Shown in pieces: positions 1 to 15,565 of a stretch of DNA of 64,000 bases. Position numbers and translations under genes: made by a program. The notes beneath the pieces are model-generated. The model worked only from the letters and a program-made list of their open reading frames with translations. It did not search any database and was not told where the DNA came from. Source of the DNA: Octopus vulgaris. Taxonomy: Eukaryota. Where the stretch lies: contig OX597823.1 in NCBI GenBank assembly GCA_951406725.2, positions 55,800,001 to 55,864,000 on the forward strand. The letters run 5' to 3'. The first letter of the stretch is position 1. Each line of letters begins with the position of its first letter.

Positions 1-146
1 TGAAGACCATAAAGGTACTTTATGGGAGAAATGACAAAAATATTTCTGGTCTTAGCCCACGAGTTATGACCCAATAGGGAAACCTAAAATTACTATTGAT
101 AGTTATTGATCCCAAACTGGATTCACTGGTCCTTTTGACAAGGTCT

Positions 147-189
<43 letters not shown>

Positions 190-1116
190 TCTATCCATTC
201 ATTCATTCATTTATTTGTTTTGCTGTGTAGAAACTTCCTCACCAGGCTATGCAGTTGGGAATGTCGGTTATTTGCCGAATACTCGACCATAGTTACATTA
301 GCTCAAACACCAAGAATTATTTGTTATAGTGAAGCGCTGAAAGTATGAAAATATATCTCAACATTAAGATTCCTAGTCTCCTCCAGAAGGCATCATTTGA
401 AGGAAGATGAAGAGTATCGTTGTCTAATAACAGCAAGGACTGAACAAGTCCCAGCATCACAGCGCTCACGCGTGTAACGGAGATCTGCAATTGTGGCGAT
501 TGCTAATTAATTCCCATTAACCACTAAACTGGTTGTCTCATTATGCTTCCCCCTCGCATGATATACCATTAAGAGGCTGAAGGACAAAAGCGGCCCTTAA
601 ATTCTACTCATTGTTTTATCTCCCTTACCTTTTTTCCTTCCTTTCTTTTTCTTGTTTATTTATAAACAAATCCTTTGTAACGGTTTTAACTTGTGACCTG
701 TTTCAAATTGTTACTGACCAATATAGAGACCGCTGGATTTAGACTTATTCCATTGTGGACTATATGGGGAATTCTTGGTATTAATTTCCTGTGAGTAAAT
801 TTTTTATTTAGTAACCTACGTTAATTGTTCACCTTTTCTTAAATTTGCTCCGTTAACATAGATTTGACCTTTACATAGAGCTTCTTGATAACTTATTTTT
901 TTAACACCATAACCCCCACTCCTATCTGTACCCTCCCGTTAATACCTTGTAGTATTCCCTAGTCCTTTAATACCTCACTCTCTCATCTACGCTCTTTGAG
1001 CGCTGATGGTAAATAATTATGTGCATTTAACATAGTGGTTTTCTGGACTATTTGTCTTAGCCATGTTTCCTTTCATTTTCCTTCTTCCTTTTGTTTATAT
1101 TTTATGCACTTGTTTT

Positions 1117-1233
1117 TCTCTCTGATGAAGATCTGTTGCCTTAATTCGAATGCTCTAAGAAGATGAAGAATTTTATTCACACATTTATGTATAGACTGCA
1201 TTCTAGTAATCTGATTAGAAACAGCTCTTAGCT
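1117..1233 (+). ncRNA. Decayed hammerhead-like motif with long stem II
   Basis: CTGATGA 1122-1128; gaatgc/gcattc and tcta/taga pairings; GAAACAGCTCTT; AATAAA downstream. Confidence 0.35.
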
Positions 1234-1332
1234 TTGTTATGTCTTGTATTGTCTCAATAAACAAGCTTTAAAATGTGGTCCAATCGATGAATTGGTTAAT
1301 CTAGGTTTTTTTCCATTTTCTAATTATTTGCA

Positions 1333-1375
<43 letters not shown>

Positions 1376-1400
1376 TGTGTATATGTGATATAAGTATATT

Positions 1401-1555
1401 GCGCAGGCTAGCTGCGTGGGAAGAAGCTTGCTTCTCAAACACATGGTTCGGGGTTCAGTCGCACTGCGAAGCAACTTGAGGTGTCTTCTGCCATAACTTC
1501 GGGCCAACCAGTCTTGTGAATGGATTTGGTAGAAGAAAACTGAAAGAAGCTTGTA
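1401..1555 (+). mobile_element. tRNA-derived SINE family A (OR1-like), 5' part
   Basis: Head with ggttcggggttcagtc B-box; gtgaatggatttggtag body. Confidence 0.75.
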
Positions 1556-1569
1556 TATGTGTGTGTGCG

Positions 1570-1614
<45 letters not shown>

Positions 1615-2010
1615 TGTATCTGTGTGCGTGTGTGCGTGTGTATGCGTGTGTGCGTGTGTATGCGTGTGTGCGTGTGTATGCGTGTGTGCGTGTGTATGCG
1701 TGTGTGCGCGCACATAGATGTGTGCGTGTACGTGTGTGAGCTTTGGTGTCTCATTATGCATAATTAGATTTCTGGCATTGACATAAAGCCAGAATTACAT
1801 AAAGGTGGAAGATAAAGGTAAGAAACATGTAGAGGAGGGAGATGAAGGGCATAATCAATTAAGCCACGTTGGTTTTAAGTTTATTAAACTCTGAAAGATG
1901 AAAGACAAACGCAAATCCGGCATCGTTTGGATCAGAGGAACTATTTCATACTGAAAGTTCAGTGTTGTGTTTGAATACGTATACATACATACATACATAC
2001 ATACATACAT

Positions 2011-2058
<48 letters not shown>

Positions 2059-2086
2059 GCACATATATATATACATACATTGATGC

Positions 2087-2122
<36 letters not shown>

Positions 2123-3084
2123 TCGTGTGTGTGTGTTCGTGTGTGTGTGCGTGTGTGTGTGCATATGCTTAAGTATATATATACATATATACATACATAT
2201 ATATACATATCTATATATGAGTATATATATATTCGTTTTGTAAGATTCTTGATGTGAATTCGTGTGTTGAAACTGATAGTAATATGAAACTAATGCAATA
2301 CGCAGATAGATAAATGGAATTAAATAACTATATACATGAACAAAATAAATTAAATTAGATTAATACAAGAAAAAAAGAAAGAAAATAAAAAGTAAGTAGA
2401 TATAAACAAATAAATAAAAGTAAATTAAACGAATGTGTATCAACTAGGGATACTGATAATGCAGGCACGTTCCCATACACACGCACTTACTAAACATAGA
2501 CACACACGGATATACGCATGCGCAAATAAAGACACATACAATAGGAATAAAAAAATAGCAGATCATTAGTAAGAAGACACACAAGAAAAGAAAGAAGAAA
2601 GCAAAGGACCACTGATGGGGGTCACAAAAGTCTGACGAAAGAACTCTGGCCGAAATACAATTAATATAAAATAAAGCTGAAGCAAGTGAACACCAAATAT
2701 ATAGTGCGTGTGTTTTCATTGGCTAAAATGGCAACATGATCATCCCCAAATACAACAATATGCACACACACACCTACACACACACACGCACACACACACA
2801 CATATGTATGTATGTATGTATGTATGTAAGTATGTATGTATGTATGTATGTATGTATGTATGTATATATATATAAAACTTACTTGGAAATCGATGTGTGG
2901 CGTTCGATCATATAATAATATAAATAATATATAAATATATGCATATATACATACATATAGTACATACCTAGATATGTATATATATATATATATATGCATA
3001 TATGGGTACAGGACATCAGAAAAACGTTGAACACAATGAGAAACGAAAGCATAAAAACAAAAACATGGAATGAAATGAACAACC

Positions 3085-3720
3085 TGAAGGATGTCGTCTG
3101 GGACATCATTGAGAGCCTCCTGAATCTGTATCTTCAAGTTTTCCAGCGTACAAGATTTTGTCTTGTATACGTCTTTTGTGTAACCTCACAGATAAAAATT
3201 ACATGAAGTGAGATCTGGACTTCTCGGAGGCCATTTAATATTCCATTCTGCAGTCACAGTCTTCAGGTTTTCTCTCTCTCCTGTACGTAAAGGAGTTTCC
3301 ACGGACGAAAATTCAATTCTTCATGCAACATCGTACATATCGTGTGTCTTGTTAATCGACTTTTAGGAGCTGCTTGACAGGTTGATTTTTGCGGGATACG
3401 ATGATTAAACATTTCTTACACGTTCTCCGCCGATCGGGATGTGGTTGGACGGCCACTTCTTGCATCGTTCACAGAGCCCGTGGTCATCAACTTTGCATGA
3501 CAACTTTGCATGACAACTTTTTATTGTCTCCAAACGTAGTGTTGCATGCTTACCTTTTCATGCACGCTACCAAAACAATGGAATTCCACACTTCATAGCT
3601 CGCTCCTGAACAGTCAAGCGACCGGCCATCTGGAAAATGAGATAGAAATATGACAATAAGAAATTAAAAAAATCCTCATTAGTGTTGTCTGTTTAAAAAA
3701 TGTTTTCGTCATGACTTCAG
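3085..3720 (-). mobile_element. Internally deleted Tc1/mariner-superfamily transposase remnant
   Basis: MAGRLTVQER.., TTGSVNDARSGRP, LNFRPWKLLYVQE..PEDC, joined directly to WPPRSPDLTSCNFYL*GY. Confidence 0.8.
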
Positions 3721-3772
3721 TGATACAAAAGATTTTATAAGCAATTTCTAATGCCTATTTAGTTCCCACCCA

Positions 3773-3856
<84 letters not shown>

Positions 3857-3960
3857 ATCCAAACAAGAAAACACAGAAAAAAACACAGAAAAAACACAGC
3901 AACGCGAGGACGTGGAACAATTAAAGTATTATTTGACGCTCAGGAAAGAAGGGAGGGAGG

Positions 3961-3995
3961 GTTTAACGTTTCGAGCGGAGCTCTTCGTCGGAAAC
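3961..3995 (-). ncRNA. Minimal hammerhead-like motif, CCGACGA core
   Basis: GUUU-CCGACGA-A-GAGC(UCC)GCUC-GAAAC-GUU^AAAC. Confidence 0.65.
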
Positions 3996-4083
3996 AAGGA
4001 GAAGGAAAGATCCCAAGAAGGGAAGACAGAGGAAAAAAAATATTTTTGCTGGTGGTGCTCAAGAGATCACATGTTGAAAAAAA

Positions 4084-4135
<52 letters not shown>

Positions 4136-4524
4136 GCAAAAGTTTCCTAAGTCCAAAACGTTGCTTTTTCAGAAAACGAAAAAAATGTTTTTGTCATTCC
4201 ATTTCTTTTTAAATTAGCAACACTCTCAGCTTAACAATAATACTTTGTTGGGTGCATAAAATCGTAACTCCGTCATGTATGATATTTTTTAGTCAGAAAC
4301 ATTTTTGCAAAACTGTCAGATGTGAGGCTCATTACACTTTTGATAAATGCTAAATCGTTGTGCTACACTTTGACATTTTCGTATCTTGGCATCTGAAGCG
4401 GCTGGAGATACGACAGTTTGAACAAAAGAGCCGGCTATTGCAAACAAAATTAAATTTTGAAAAAAACAAAAACGCATTTGACCAATATTGGACATACGAC
4501 AGTTTAACATAATTGCAATCATAT

Positions 4525-4842
4525 ACTCTTTACTCTTTTACTTGTTTCAGTCATTTGACTGCGGCCATGCTGGAGCACCGCCTTTAGTCGACCAAATCGA
4601 CCCCGGTACTTATTCTTTGTAAGCCCAATACTTATTCTATCGGTCTCTTTTGCCGAACCGCTAAGTGACGGGGATGTAAACACACCAGCATCGGTTGTCA
4701 AGCAATGCTAGGGGGACAAACACACACACACACATATACATATATATACATATATACGACAGACTTCTTTCAGTTTCCGTCTACCAAATCCACTCACAAG
4801 GCATTGGTCGGCCCGGGGCTATAGCAGAAGACACTTGCCCAA
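4525..4842 (-). mobile_element. SINE family A, head missing
   Basis: Matches the 18205-18622 copy. Confidence 0.85.
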
Positions 4843-5081
4843 GAGATAAAACCACTATTATGCAATTCAAACAGTGGTAGACATAAACCAAAACATAAAT
4901 AACAAATACATATTTTTATAAAACATATAACTAGATCTCAAAAAGTATAAAAATGAATGATAAATATATAATAATAAGTAATAAGTAACATATATATATA
5001 TAAGTAATAAGTAATAATAAGTAACATATATATATATATATGTAAACACATACTTAATGCATACTTACATACACACATACA

Positions 5082-5129
<48 letters not shown>

Positions 5130-5485
5130 CACACACATACGTGTACATTCGTGTGTATATATGTACACACACACACATACACACATACACATACACACAC
5201 ACACAATAAGCTTAAATTGATCGTATTATATGATGTATATGCTTCGCTGTATGTCTTATTATGCAATTAACGTAATAGCATCCGTTAATGTACAAGTTCT
5301 TTGTGTTTGATTGCGATTGACATCGTATAATTAAGCGCACCGAGCATGCAGCGATCTACACTTTATACCATACTCGTTACCGGTTCCCTGGTGCCTTGCA
5401 CTTTTATATAACACGAAACACCGCTAGTCTGAGGGAAAAAAATGTCTGAAAGTTAGTTTGTCGCCAGTAATGTATCGTTTACGAA

Positions 5486-5516
<31 letters not shown>

Positions 5517-5822
5517 ATAGATACATGATAAAACAAGCCAAAACAAACAACAACAAAAATACGAACTGTGTATCTTGAATTTGCGTTTTATCGTTTATAT
5601 TTACTATTATTGTTATTATTATCGATTTTAGGTTTTGTTGCTAGTGCAGTTATCGGTGTTGTTATTCAGTCTGATGACAGGTTTGATTCTAATCGACTAG
5701 ACAGAGCATCAGAAAGCGTTCCAGCCGTGATTATCTAACTTCATGCCTTATATCTATTACAACACTCTGTCAATCCCTTTTAAGACAGGAGAGAAGAGAG
5801 AGAGAGACAGACAGAGAGAGAG

Positions 5823-5853
<31 letters not shown>

Positions 5854-6274
5854 TGAGCGCGAATAGACTGCTATTTCTACCAGGTGTATCGACCATCGAG
5901 AAAGAAGACTTCTTGTTGAAACGTTTTCGTTCTCAATCTCGTTCTTGTTAACAATCTTCTAATATGTTACATTATAAGAAACACTGATGTCTACAATTGC
6001 TGTAGCTTATGAAATTTATACATTCATTAAAACTGCGCTGATAACTGTTGATAGGTAACAACACAAAAGTAACCGTGGCTGAACACGCCATTTGGCTTGG
6101 GCTGTACAACCCGCTCCCCAAAATTTTCTGTTGCTTAATATCCCTTCATTTTTTCTTCCTTTTCTTTGTTCTCCTGGTGAGGTAGTGATGGGTTTTTTCT
6201 CTCGAAAATTTGATCTTCTTTACTTTCAATTCTTTCCTTTCTTTTCTTCCTGTAAAGAAATATATTGCTTTCTT

Positions 6275-6465
6275 ATTTTGGCACAAGGCCAGGAATTTCG
6301 GGAGTGGGATAAATCGATTAGATCGACCCCAGTACTCAACTGGTATTTATTAATTTATCGACCTTGAAATGATGAAAGGCGAAGCCGACCTCGGTGGAAT
6401 TTGACGGACGAAATGCCACTAAGCATTTTACCCGGCGTGCTAACGATTCTGCCTCCCCACTGCTT
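6275..6465 (-). mobile_element. SINE family B
   Basis: Core match, diverged. Confidence 0.75.
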
Positions 6466-7384
6466 CAATTCCTGTAAAAAATATATTGATAATAAATTTG
6501 CCTCTATGAAAAAATAAATAAATACCTAATTAAAAAATACACCTCTGCTCCTACTGTCGGTTCAGACCAGTTTGTAGATTAACTACAATATTGACAACAC
6601 AGTAATCTACTTGATGTCTTGAAATACTAAACAATACATCCAATCCCGCCTGCTCGGAACTTCAGCGCTCTAGAATTCATTTTGTGAAGTCATCAACTTG
6701 TCCTGGGGATGGCTTTAAACTGCATCTAGTGATGGGGCCCTGGTTCGATACTTCCATGATTTTGAGGAGGCTGGAACTATCCCTTAGATGCAATTGTTCC
6801 CCATGTTTACTCCGACTCGGAATGATAACACCTGTCAGGGTCTCAGCTATGGAGTAATTGGCAAATCAGTCGGGCAAATGGGGCACGTCAGACTTAGGGA
6901 GCAATCCACCTAGAGGAAAGAAAACCCTGATTCCAAACTTCCGCTGTTTTGCCGCCATACCCAACCATGAGAAAGGCTTCGAGAATAAATCCTGTGGAAA
7001 AATCGGGTGTTAGGTCCCCTGAGGCAGTTGGACGTTATCTACGACTGTCTACTTCTGTCTACAACTTCATTCTGGAAACGTTTGTAACGATGCTAGTGCC
7101 AAATTTTAACGGCTGTGCTGTCCGTTTGGATCCATCCCCTAATGCCCACAACGGCCAGTTTTGTTAGTCAGTCTCCCATTTCATAGTTGACCTCGACAGA
7201 CATCAGCCACGTCACTACTGTATTCTTGGGATATTCTTTTGTTTGTAAAATTAAGTTTCATCTGATGATTACAGTCTTCTATATTGAAAATTGCGTAAGA
7301 AAAAGCTGTAATGGGCTGACAATTATCCATCGTCTGTTACTATTCATTTGATAATATGTGAGTGCGCGCGCGCGCGTGTGTATA

Positions 7385-7768
7385 CTCTTCTACTTCAGTC
7401 ATTTGACTGTGGCCATGCTAGAGCACGGCCTCACACGAGCAAATCGACCCCAGGACTTATTCTTTGGAAGCCTAGTAATTATTCTACCGGTCTCTTTTGT
7501 CGAACCGCTAAGTTACGGGGACGTAAACACACCATCATCAGTTGTCAAGCGATGTTGGGGGGACAAACACACAAACATATACACACACATACTCACATAA
7601 ATATATACATATACATATATATGACGGGCTTCTTTCAGTTTCCGTCACGGCTTTGGTCGGCCCGAGGCTATAGTAGAAGACACTTGCCCAAGGTGTCACG
7701 CAGTGGGAAGGAACCCAGAACCATGTGGTTGGTAAGCAAGCTACTTACCAAACAGCCACTCCTGCGCC
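7385..7768 (-). mobile_element. SINE family A
   Basis: Full head-to-tail match to other copies. Confidence 0.85.
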
Positions 7769-7842
<74 letters not shown>

Positions 7843-7881
7843 CATACATACATACATACATACATACATACATACATACAT

Positions 7882-7920
<39 letters not shown>

Positions 7921-7929
7921 CGTATATCA

Positions 7930-8390
7930 CAGTATCGACCAGACAATCAGATGTGCTTCTTGATTGTGCTATTCTTTTCCATCTCGAGCCAAATTGCTTG
8001 ACAAAATAGTCTTCCAATTGTCGTAGAGGCTTTTTTCCAATCTCTTGGATACCACTCGACAACTGCATGGATCCACTTGATGTCTGTGTACTTTGTGAAA
8101 TGTCCGGCCTAGCGAAACTTGTACTTTTGGTAATCTGCAACCACATACTTCCCTGTCGCTCCGTTCACGAATTATCTCATTTCGGATATGATCTCTTAAT
8201 GATATTCCTACCATGGATCCATGGATCTTTCCATGATTCTGCGTCGTAGCCAATTGATGTTCTATCCTCTTCATAGTAGCCCACGTCTCACTTGCGTATG
8301 GAGCGTAGGTAGGAGGTTGCTATTGAGTTAAAAACCTTTAATCCTACCCTTATTCTTTGAGATTTCAGCATCCATATCTCGGCACATACA
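7930..8390 (-). mobile_element. RTE-clade LINE ORF2 C-terminal fragment
   Basis: LLPTL.YASETW, MVGISLRDHIRNEIIRER and related post-RT motifs, frameshifted. Confidence 0.8.
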
Positions 8391-8789
8391 ATCAGAGAAA
8401 GAGGTATGATTACGATAACATATTAAAGTATAGCAAGGAAAAGAGCTGAGGCAGAAAGCTAGACAATTACAATCCATCAAACAACCAGTTACGAAGTTAT
8501 GTCGTAATACTGTAGGAATTAGTAAATTAGTGTGACAGTATAAGAGAGAGATGGAAAGAGACAGAAGCTAAGGAAGCCATACATGCAAGCACAAAATTAC
8601 AATACACATACACAGATATGTTTATATAACTACTGATAGAATCTCATGTATATTACAGCACTACCATTTACGACTTTATTTACCGCAATGCTAGTAAAAT
8701 AATCTTACTAATCTTTCTGAGTGAGGATTGAAATAGACACGTTTTACGCAGCAAATAATTATTTACGTTTACTTCAAAATATTGATTTC

Positions 8790-8997
8790 GAATTTTGGTA
8801 CAAGGCTGGCAATTTCGGGGAAGAGGTAAGTCGATTACACCGACCCTAGTTTTCAACTGGTATATTTTTTTATCGACTCTGAAAAGATGAAAGGCAAAGT
8901 CGACCTAGGCGGAATTTGAACTCAGAATGTGAAGACGGACGAAATGCCGCTAAGCCATTCGGCCGGCGTGGCTAACGATTCTGCAAACTCGCCGCCC
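8790..8997 (-). mobile_element. SINE family B
   Basis: Core match; tttacttcaaaatat repeated on both flanks (TSD). Confidence 0.82.
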
Positions 8998-9339
8998 TAG
9001 TTTACTTCAAAATATCGAGGACCCTACTGAGTTGTCACCGTGCGTGGGTGGTTTAGTTTGATTCTGTGGTGTGATTAACATCATAACCTGTCTGAGTTGT
9101 CTCACTTTAGCGTCCGGCAAAAGTGTTAACAACCAGTTCGCACCAATTCGTACGTATCGGGTACCGTTCACTCCTTATCATAATGTTTATCACTAGGCAC
9201 ATTACTCGGCTCTCGGTCGATTAATGTTCCCTAGTAATAAATATGTCAGCATTTCCCAACTTCCGAACTTTTAGCTTTCTCGTTTTATTTGTATGCTTAT
9301 ATTTCCTTTCTGTCCTTAGCTCATGAGGTTAATAACTAA

Positions 9340-9722
9340 TTTATCATCTTCGTCATCGCCATCGTCATCATCATCATCATCGTCGTCGTCATCATTGATG
9401 TCGTCATCGTCATCATCATCATTATTATCATTATCATCATCATTCTCGCCATTGTTATCATCTTCAGCAGCATCGTAATCATCATTCTCATCATCAACAT
9501 CGGCAGCATCATCATCCTCCCCCTCCTTATCTTCCTCATCATTATCATCATTATTAACATCAAATCATCATCCTTATCATCATCATCATCATCATCATCA
9601 TTTCCATTACAACCACCACAATCATCATCATCATCATTCACCTCCTCCTCCTCATAATCATCATCATCACCCCATTCCCTTGTTATCATCATCATCATCA
9701 TCATCATAATCATCATCATCAT

Positions 9723-9753
<31 letters not shown>

Positions 9754-9770
9754 GTCATCATCATAATCAT

Positions 9771-9831
<61 letters not shown>

Positions 9832-10358
9832 GTCATCGTCGTCGTCGTCGACAGCAGTAGAAGCAGCAGCAGTAGCAATATCATCGTTCATTATCATCAC
9901 TTTCATATGATTTCTGTCTCTCGGAAAATGAAAAAAAAAACAAGAATACAAAAAAAAAAAAAGGAGAACAAGAATGTAACCTCGTTGAAACAGGAAAAAG
10001 CAACAACAACAACAAAATAACCAACCAACAAACCAAAACCTTATAACAAAATAAGACTGAAAAAAAAAGAGAATGTGATAATAACTGACTATGTAGGTTA
10101 TTTATTCAATGATGTATATAACATATAAATATGATGATGATAGGACGGCATGAAGGCGAGAAACTGTCAGAAGAGTGATGAGACAGAATGAAAAAAAAAA
10201 AAAAACACTCGAGGGGGTGGAGAGAGAGGAAAGAATTGACAGTAAGGAAATACAAAGTTGAAGGGATGGAGATGTAGAAGGTTGAGAAATCAATAAAATA
10301 TCATTCCATATTTTCGTTGTTGTTGTTGTTGTTGTTACAATCATCATCACCTTTCAAC

Positions 10359-10390
<32 letters not shown>

Positions 10391-10440
10391 CATCATCGTC
10401 GTCATCGTCATCATCGTCATCATCATCATCGTCATCATCG

Positions 10441-10496
<56 letters not shown>

Positions 10497-10620
10497 GTCA
10501 TCATCAACGTCATCATTATTATTTTCATGACGATCGTTACTATTGTTATTATCATTATTGTTGCTGGTGTTGTTTTCCTTTTTTCTTCTTCTTCTTCTTC
10601 TTCTTCTTCTTCTTCTTCTT

Positions 10621-10683
<63 letters not shown>

Positions 10684-10735
10684 GTAATCATTATTACTAT
10701 CATCATCATCATCATCATTATTATTATTTTTTTTA

Positions 10736-10809
<74 letters not shown>

Positions 10810-10820
10810 GTTATTAATGT
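9340..10820. repeat. Trinucleotide microsatellite blocks (ATC, TTC, ATT)
   Basis: Directly visible; similar blocks at 25050-25720 and 33095-33500. Confidence 0.9.
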
Positions 10821-11248
10821 TATTACGCGTCTCTCTTTTTTTTTCCGTTTTACGATGTCGGCCAAGAGTTTCTAACATGGCAGACGACAGCTTGTAGAGA
10901 AAGAAAAAAAAAAGAGAAAAAAGAAACGAAAAAAAAAAGAAATAGAAAACTACGAAGAAAAGCCTAGTGTAATACTTTCTCAGTATATCATATTTTCTCT
11001 ATCTCATTTCTCTCTTTCAAACTGTCCGTCTCTATCTCCATCCTATCTCTCTTCCTGTCTGTCTGTCTGTCTCTCTCCCGCTTTCTCTTTACCTTCCTTC
11101 CTGTCTTTCCACTCTCTACCACTCTCTCACTCCCCCCTTCTCTCTTCTCCTCTATCTCTCCCGCATTCTCATAACAGTTTTTTGTTCGTATGTCTGTCTG
11201 TCTGTCATTTTCTTGTTTTCTGCTTGTCATCACTTTTTCTCTCGGTGC

Positions 11249-11288
<40 letters not shown>

Positions 11289-11415
11289 TCCATACTTATA
11301 TATACATATATATATATGCATCTTTATACATACATATACATTACATATATGTATATATATACGTGTATATGTATATATATACGTGTATATGTATATATAT
11401 ACGTGCATATGTATA

Positions 11416-11462
<47 letters not shown>

Positions 11463-11846
11463 TTTTCTCGCTTAATTCTTGCGCATTTGCCCTCTCTTTT
11501 TCTGAAGAAAGAGACAAAGAAATGCATAAGTAGGTTCTCATCCTCCCTTTCTCCTCTCTACCTTCCCCCCTCTCTCTCTCTTTCTCTTTGTCTCACTTTC
11601 TCGCTTCCTTATTACAGTTTCTTTATGCATATGTATTTTTCTCATTATGTCCACATGTGTTTCTTCAGTTTTGCTATTATTTGTCGACTCGTTCTTTCCA
11701 AATTTTTACACATCTTTCTCCCTCACTCTCCCTGTCCTCATCTCTGTCTTCTTCCTCTTTCTCTTCACTCCCTCTCTCCAACTCTTTCTCTCTCTCTCTC
11801 TGTTTCAGTCAATCTTTTTATCTATCTATCTATCTATCTATCTATA

Positions 11847-11958
<112 letters not shown>

Positions 11959-12056
11959 CATCTACCTATTTGTTTATCCTTTTTAGCAGTTATTTTTGCT
12001 CTTTCTGTTCTCACTAGTTTGACCCAAACGGTATACAATCGTACACATATACCAAT

Positions 12057-12126
<70 letters not shown>

Positions 12127-14166
12127 ACACGCACACACACACACGTCACTATACATTATTTCTATTGGTGTATATCTTTACAATTATGCGTATGTATTGA
12201 TATTCAAGCTTGTCTGTCCCTTTGCCTGTTTGTTTGCCTGTCTGTCTGTCTGTATGTATGTATATACGTATGTATGCATGGATGGATGGATGGATGGATG
12301 GATGGATGGATGGATGGATGCTTGTATCCTTACCTTTGAACGTATGCGTTATAGATATGTATGTATACCTGATCGCTGCAAACCAGCAGATCGTGTTTTC
12401 TTTACTTCACAACCCCAAACAAACATATAGGCACCATTTCTGACCTCTCCTTTATTCAATGCTACCCGCTTCACCTTCATTACTTGATTGCCCTCCCCAA
12501 CCCCGTTTACTTGAACAACTCCACCATTTCGTTTTGCCACTTGAGGCGTCGGCCTTTTCTACCTTTTCTCTCCCGTCCTTAACTTCATTTTCCTTCTTTA
12601 ACCTTTCTTCTCGGTCTTCTGACTCTCTTAAACAATTTCCGACTCGATCTCTCACCGTCCACCTACCCATCACTACTTCAAACTTCAATTCCTTGCTGAT
12701 TTATTTGGATGAAGAAGGAATTGAAGCGACAGCACCACCTTTTCTGTCTTGCTTCGCTTCCAGATAAAGTGTACGAGCCCGAAACATTAATTTCTTCACG
12801 CCTAACATCAAGTAGATTTATCTAACTCTTTTATCGAAACTTCTTATCGATTTGTTATTGCTGACAAGCATGATGGACGCCATCACCAGTTTCCTCGAAA
12901 TTTTATGTTACTCAATTTATCAGAACGATCTATCATTAAGTTCAAGCAGGAAAACTTGGACCTCTGTCGGCAGGTCGAAATAAGTTCAGTACATTTATTT
13001 AGTATAAGAGTAATGTAGCGAATGATCTAAAATTTCTCTGTAAGAGAAAGTTAACAACATTTAAATATTTCGTAAACATTGTTATATTCTCTAATATATT
13101 TCATGAAATGCTGGTGGTCTTTCTGTCTAACCTTTACCTTCAAATACATTAAGAAAGTCTTTTGGTCTTCTCTTCAGCTGTGGATGAATAAATGAGTTTT
13201 ATGGTAGTATACGTGACATTGAATGATCTAACCGGATTTTGTACCTTTGTAGCAGGTTTTGAGTCGTTCGTTAGAACATCAGCACTGTATATAGAACATA
13301 TATTATTTTATACTGAGGCAATTATATCGGCTCTCTTAGCTCATTATTTGACTGTAACTCTAAATGACATTTAACATGACTGCGTGCAGCTGTAACTGAT
13401 GTTTATATTTCTCTGTGTAGACCGAAATATATGCAAGTCAAAATAATAATAAACTATTTTGTAATAGAAATTTTAATGGCATTGTTCTGTATAACATTTT
13501 CCTACAAGTATTTTTCCTTGATAGTTAGTGATGATGATTAATTCGGTTATGTCCTGATAACGTCTGCCCTATAGTATTTCCAAATAGTAGTACTGTACGG
13601 TCTTGTCTCAGGTGATTTCATCATCACCCATCCATTTTCTTTTAGACTGGAGTACATGTCCAATGATGTTTTGGTTTAATTTTGCCTAACTTGGTTTCGG
13701 CTATGTAATCTAATTAACATTATGCAGAACAAATATGCACCAGACACTGCACACACGCAGATACACACACACACACACACACACACATACACACACACAC
13801 ACATATATGTATGTATACATACACACACACACGCACACACAAATATATGTATGTATAGAGCGTTTGTATGCTTTTGTAACTTAGAATAAACACCAAAAGT
13901 ATACGTCTTCCCGACTTTGTTCTCTCTCTGATATACACGTACATATATATAGGTGTATGAGTGTGTGTATGTGTATATGCAGGTATGTATGTATGTATGT
14001 ATGTATGTATGTATGTATGTATGTATGTATGTATGTATGTATGTATAAGATGCTATAAGTTTCATACCTCAAGTTTGCATAGCATGACTCGTATTATCAG
14101 ACATGTAACTTAAAGTAACGCACATTTAAATCCTGCATATGATTTTATGTGTATATAATGTATATG

Positions 14167-14201
<35 letters not shown>

Positions 14202-14220
14202 ATGCGTGTATATATATACA

Positions 14221-14302
<82 letters not shown>

Positions 14303-15253
14303 AATATATGTATGTACACGCACACATATTTACACACATACACAATAACAGAGATAACAGTGGCCGGTAGGGTGGATTTATAAAATAAAATCCAGAGTAG
14401 TTATACTGAATAGCAGACAAGATTAATTCTTTTGCTTTTGGTTTGTTTTATTTTGTTTATTTGCTTTGTTTTTTTTTTATTATGTATGCTTTGGAGAGAA
14501 GTACAAACAAGCTGGTGGCAATTGCAGAGTTCACTAATTGAGACGGGGAGGTAATCTCGAGCAATCAACAGTTCTCTAGAATTAACATGCCATTAAGAAA
14601 GAGACATTCTGTTTGGCTTTTTTTAGTTTTTCTTCTCTTTCATCTAGGAACAAGAGGATACTTATGAATACGTATTTCTACCTCATTGAGTGCCATCAAC
14701 ACAGCCCTAGCGCGATCGCAGCCAAGCATAAGACTTAGAAACGTATACATACAAAAGAAACGAACGTTTATTTTTTATATTTTAGGATAATTTAAAGAAT
14801 TTAAGCAGCAGTGAACTCATTCAGACACACACACACCTATTCCTGTATTCATTTATTCTCTTAATGGTTTCCACCAGAGGCTGAGGCCATGCTGTAACAC
14901 CGCCTTTCAGCGCTTTTGCGTTTCCTTTCTGTACTGTTTTTGGTGAAGAAACGGGTTGGATGGAGTTGCTGCGATGTGTGTGCGCGCGTGTGTGAGCCGC
15001 AAATGCAAAATATTAGTTAGTCCTAGAGCACACAAGGTTCCTGAAGGTCAGCAATGGTCTTCTTCCTTCTCCAGTGGACAGCCATAAGATATATATATAT
15101 ATACGTGTGTGTGTGTGTGTGTGTGTGTAATATTAATATTAGGGAATATAACTCCAAACTTACAGGAAAAAATTCAATTTATTATTAAATCAAATTTCAC
15201 AGTATAAATAATATTGAGTTGCATAATAGTGGTTTTGTCTCTAATTTATAATT

Positions 15254-15285
<32 letters not shown>

Positions 15286-15405
15286 ACGGTGGTACCCCAG
15301 CATGTCTGCAGCTCTCCAACTGAAATTAGCTAAATGGTTATGCATACACACACACACACCTACATGCACATACGTATACATATATAATATATAGTTGTAG
15401 ATACC

Positions 15406-15500
<95 letters not shown>

Positions 15501-15534
15501 GGATAGATAGATAGATACGTAGATAGATAGATAT

Positions 15535-15565
<31 letters not shown>

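Noticed and set aside
2611-2665. Hammerhead-like CTGATGG..GAAA
   Set aside because: Core and stems I/III too degenerate to call. The same applies to candidates near 12760, 34255 and 59965-60040.
7262-7305. CTGATGA..GAAA..TA
   Set aside because: Stems do not pair convincingly. CTGANGA boxes near 5671, 13170, 28925, 37400 and 53854 likewise lack a matching GAAA or stems.
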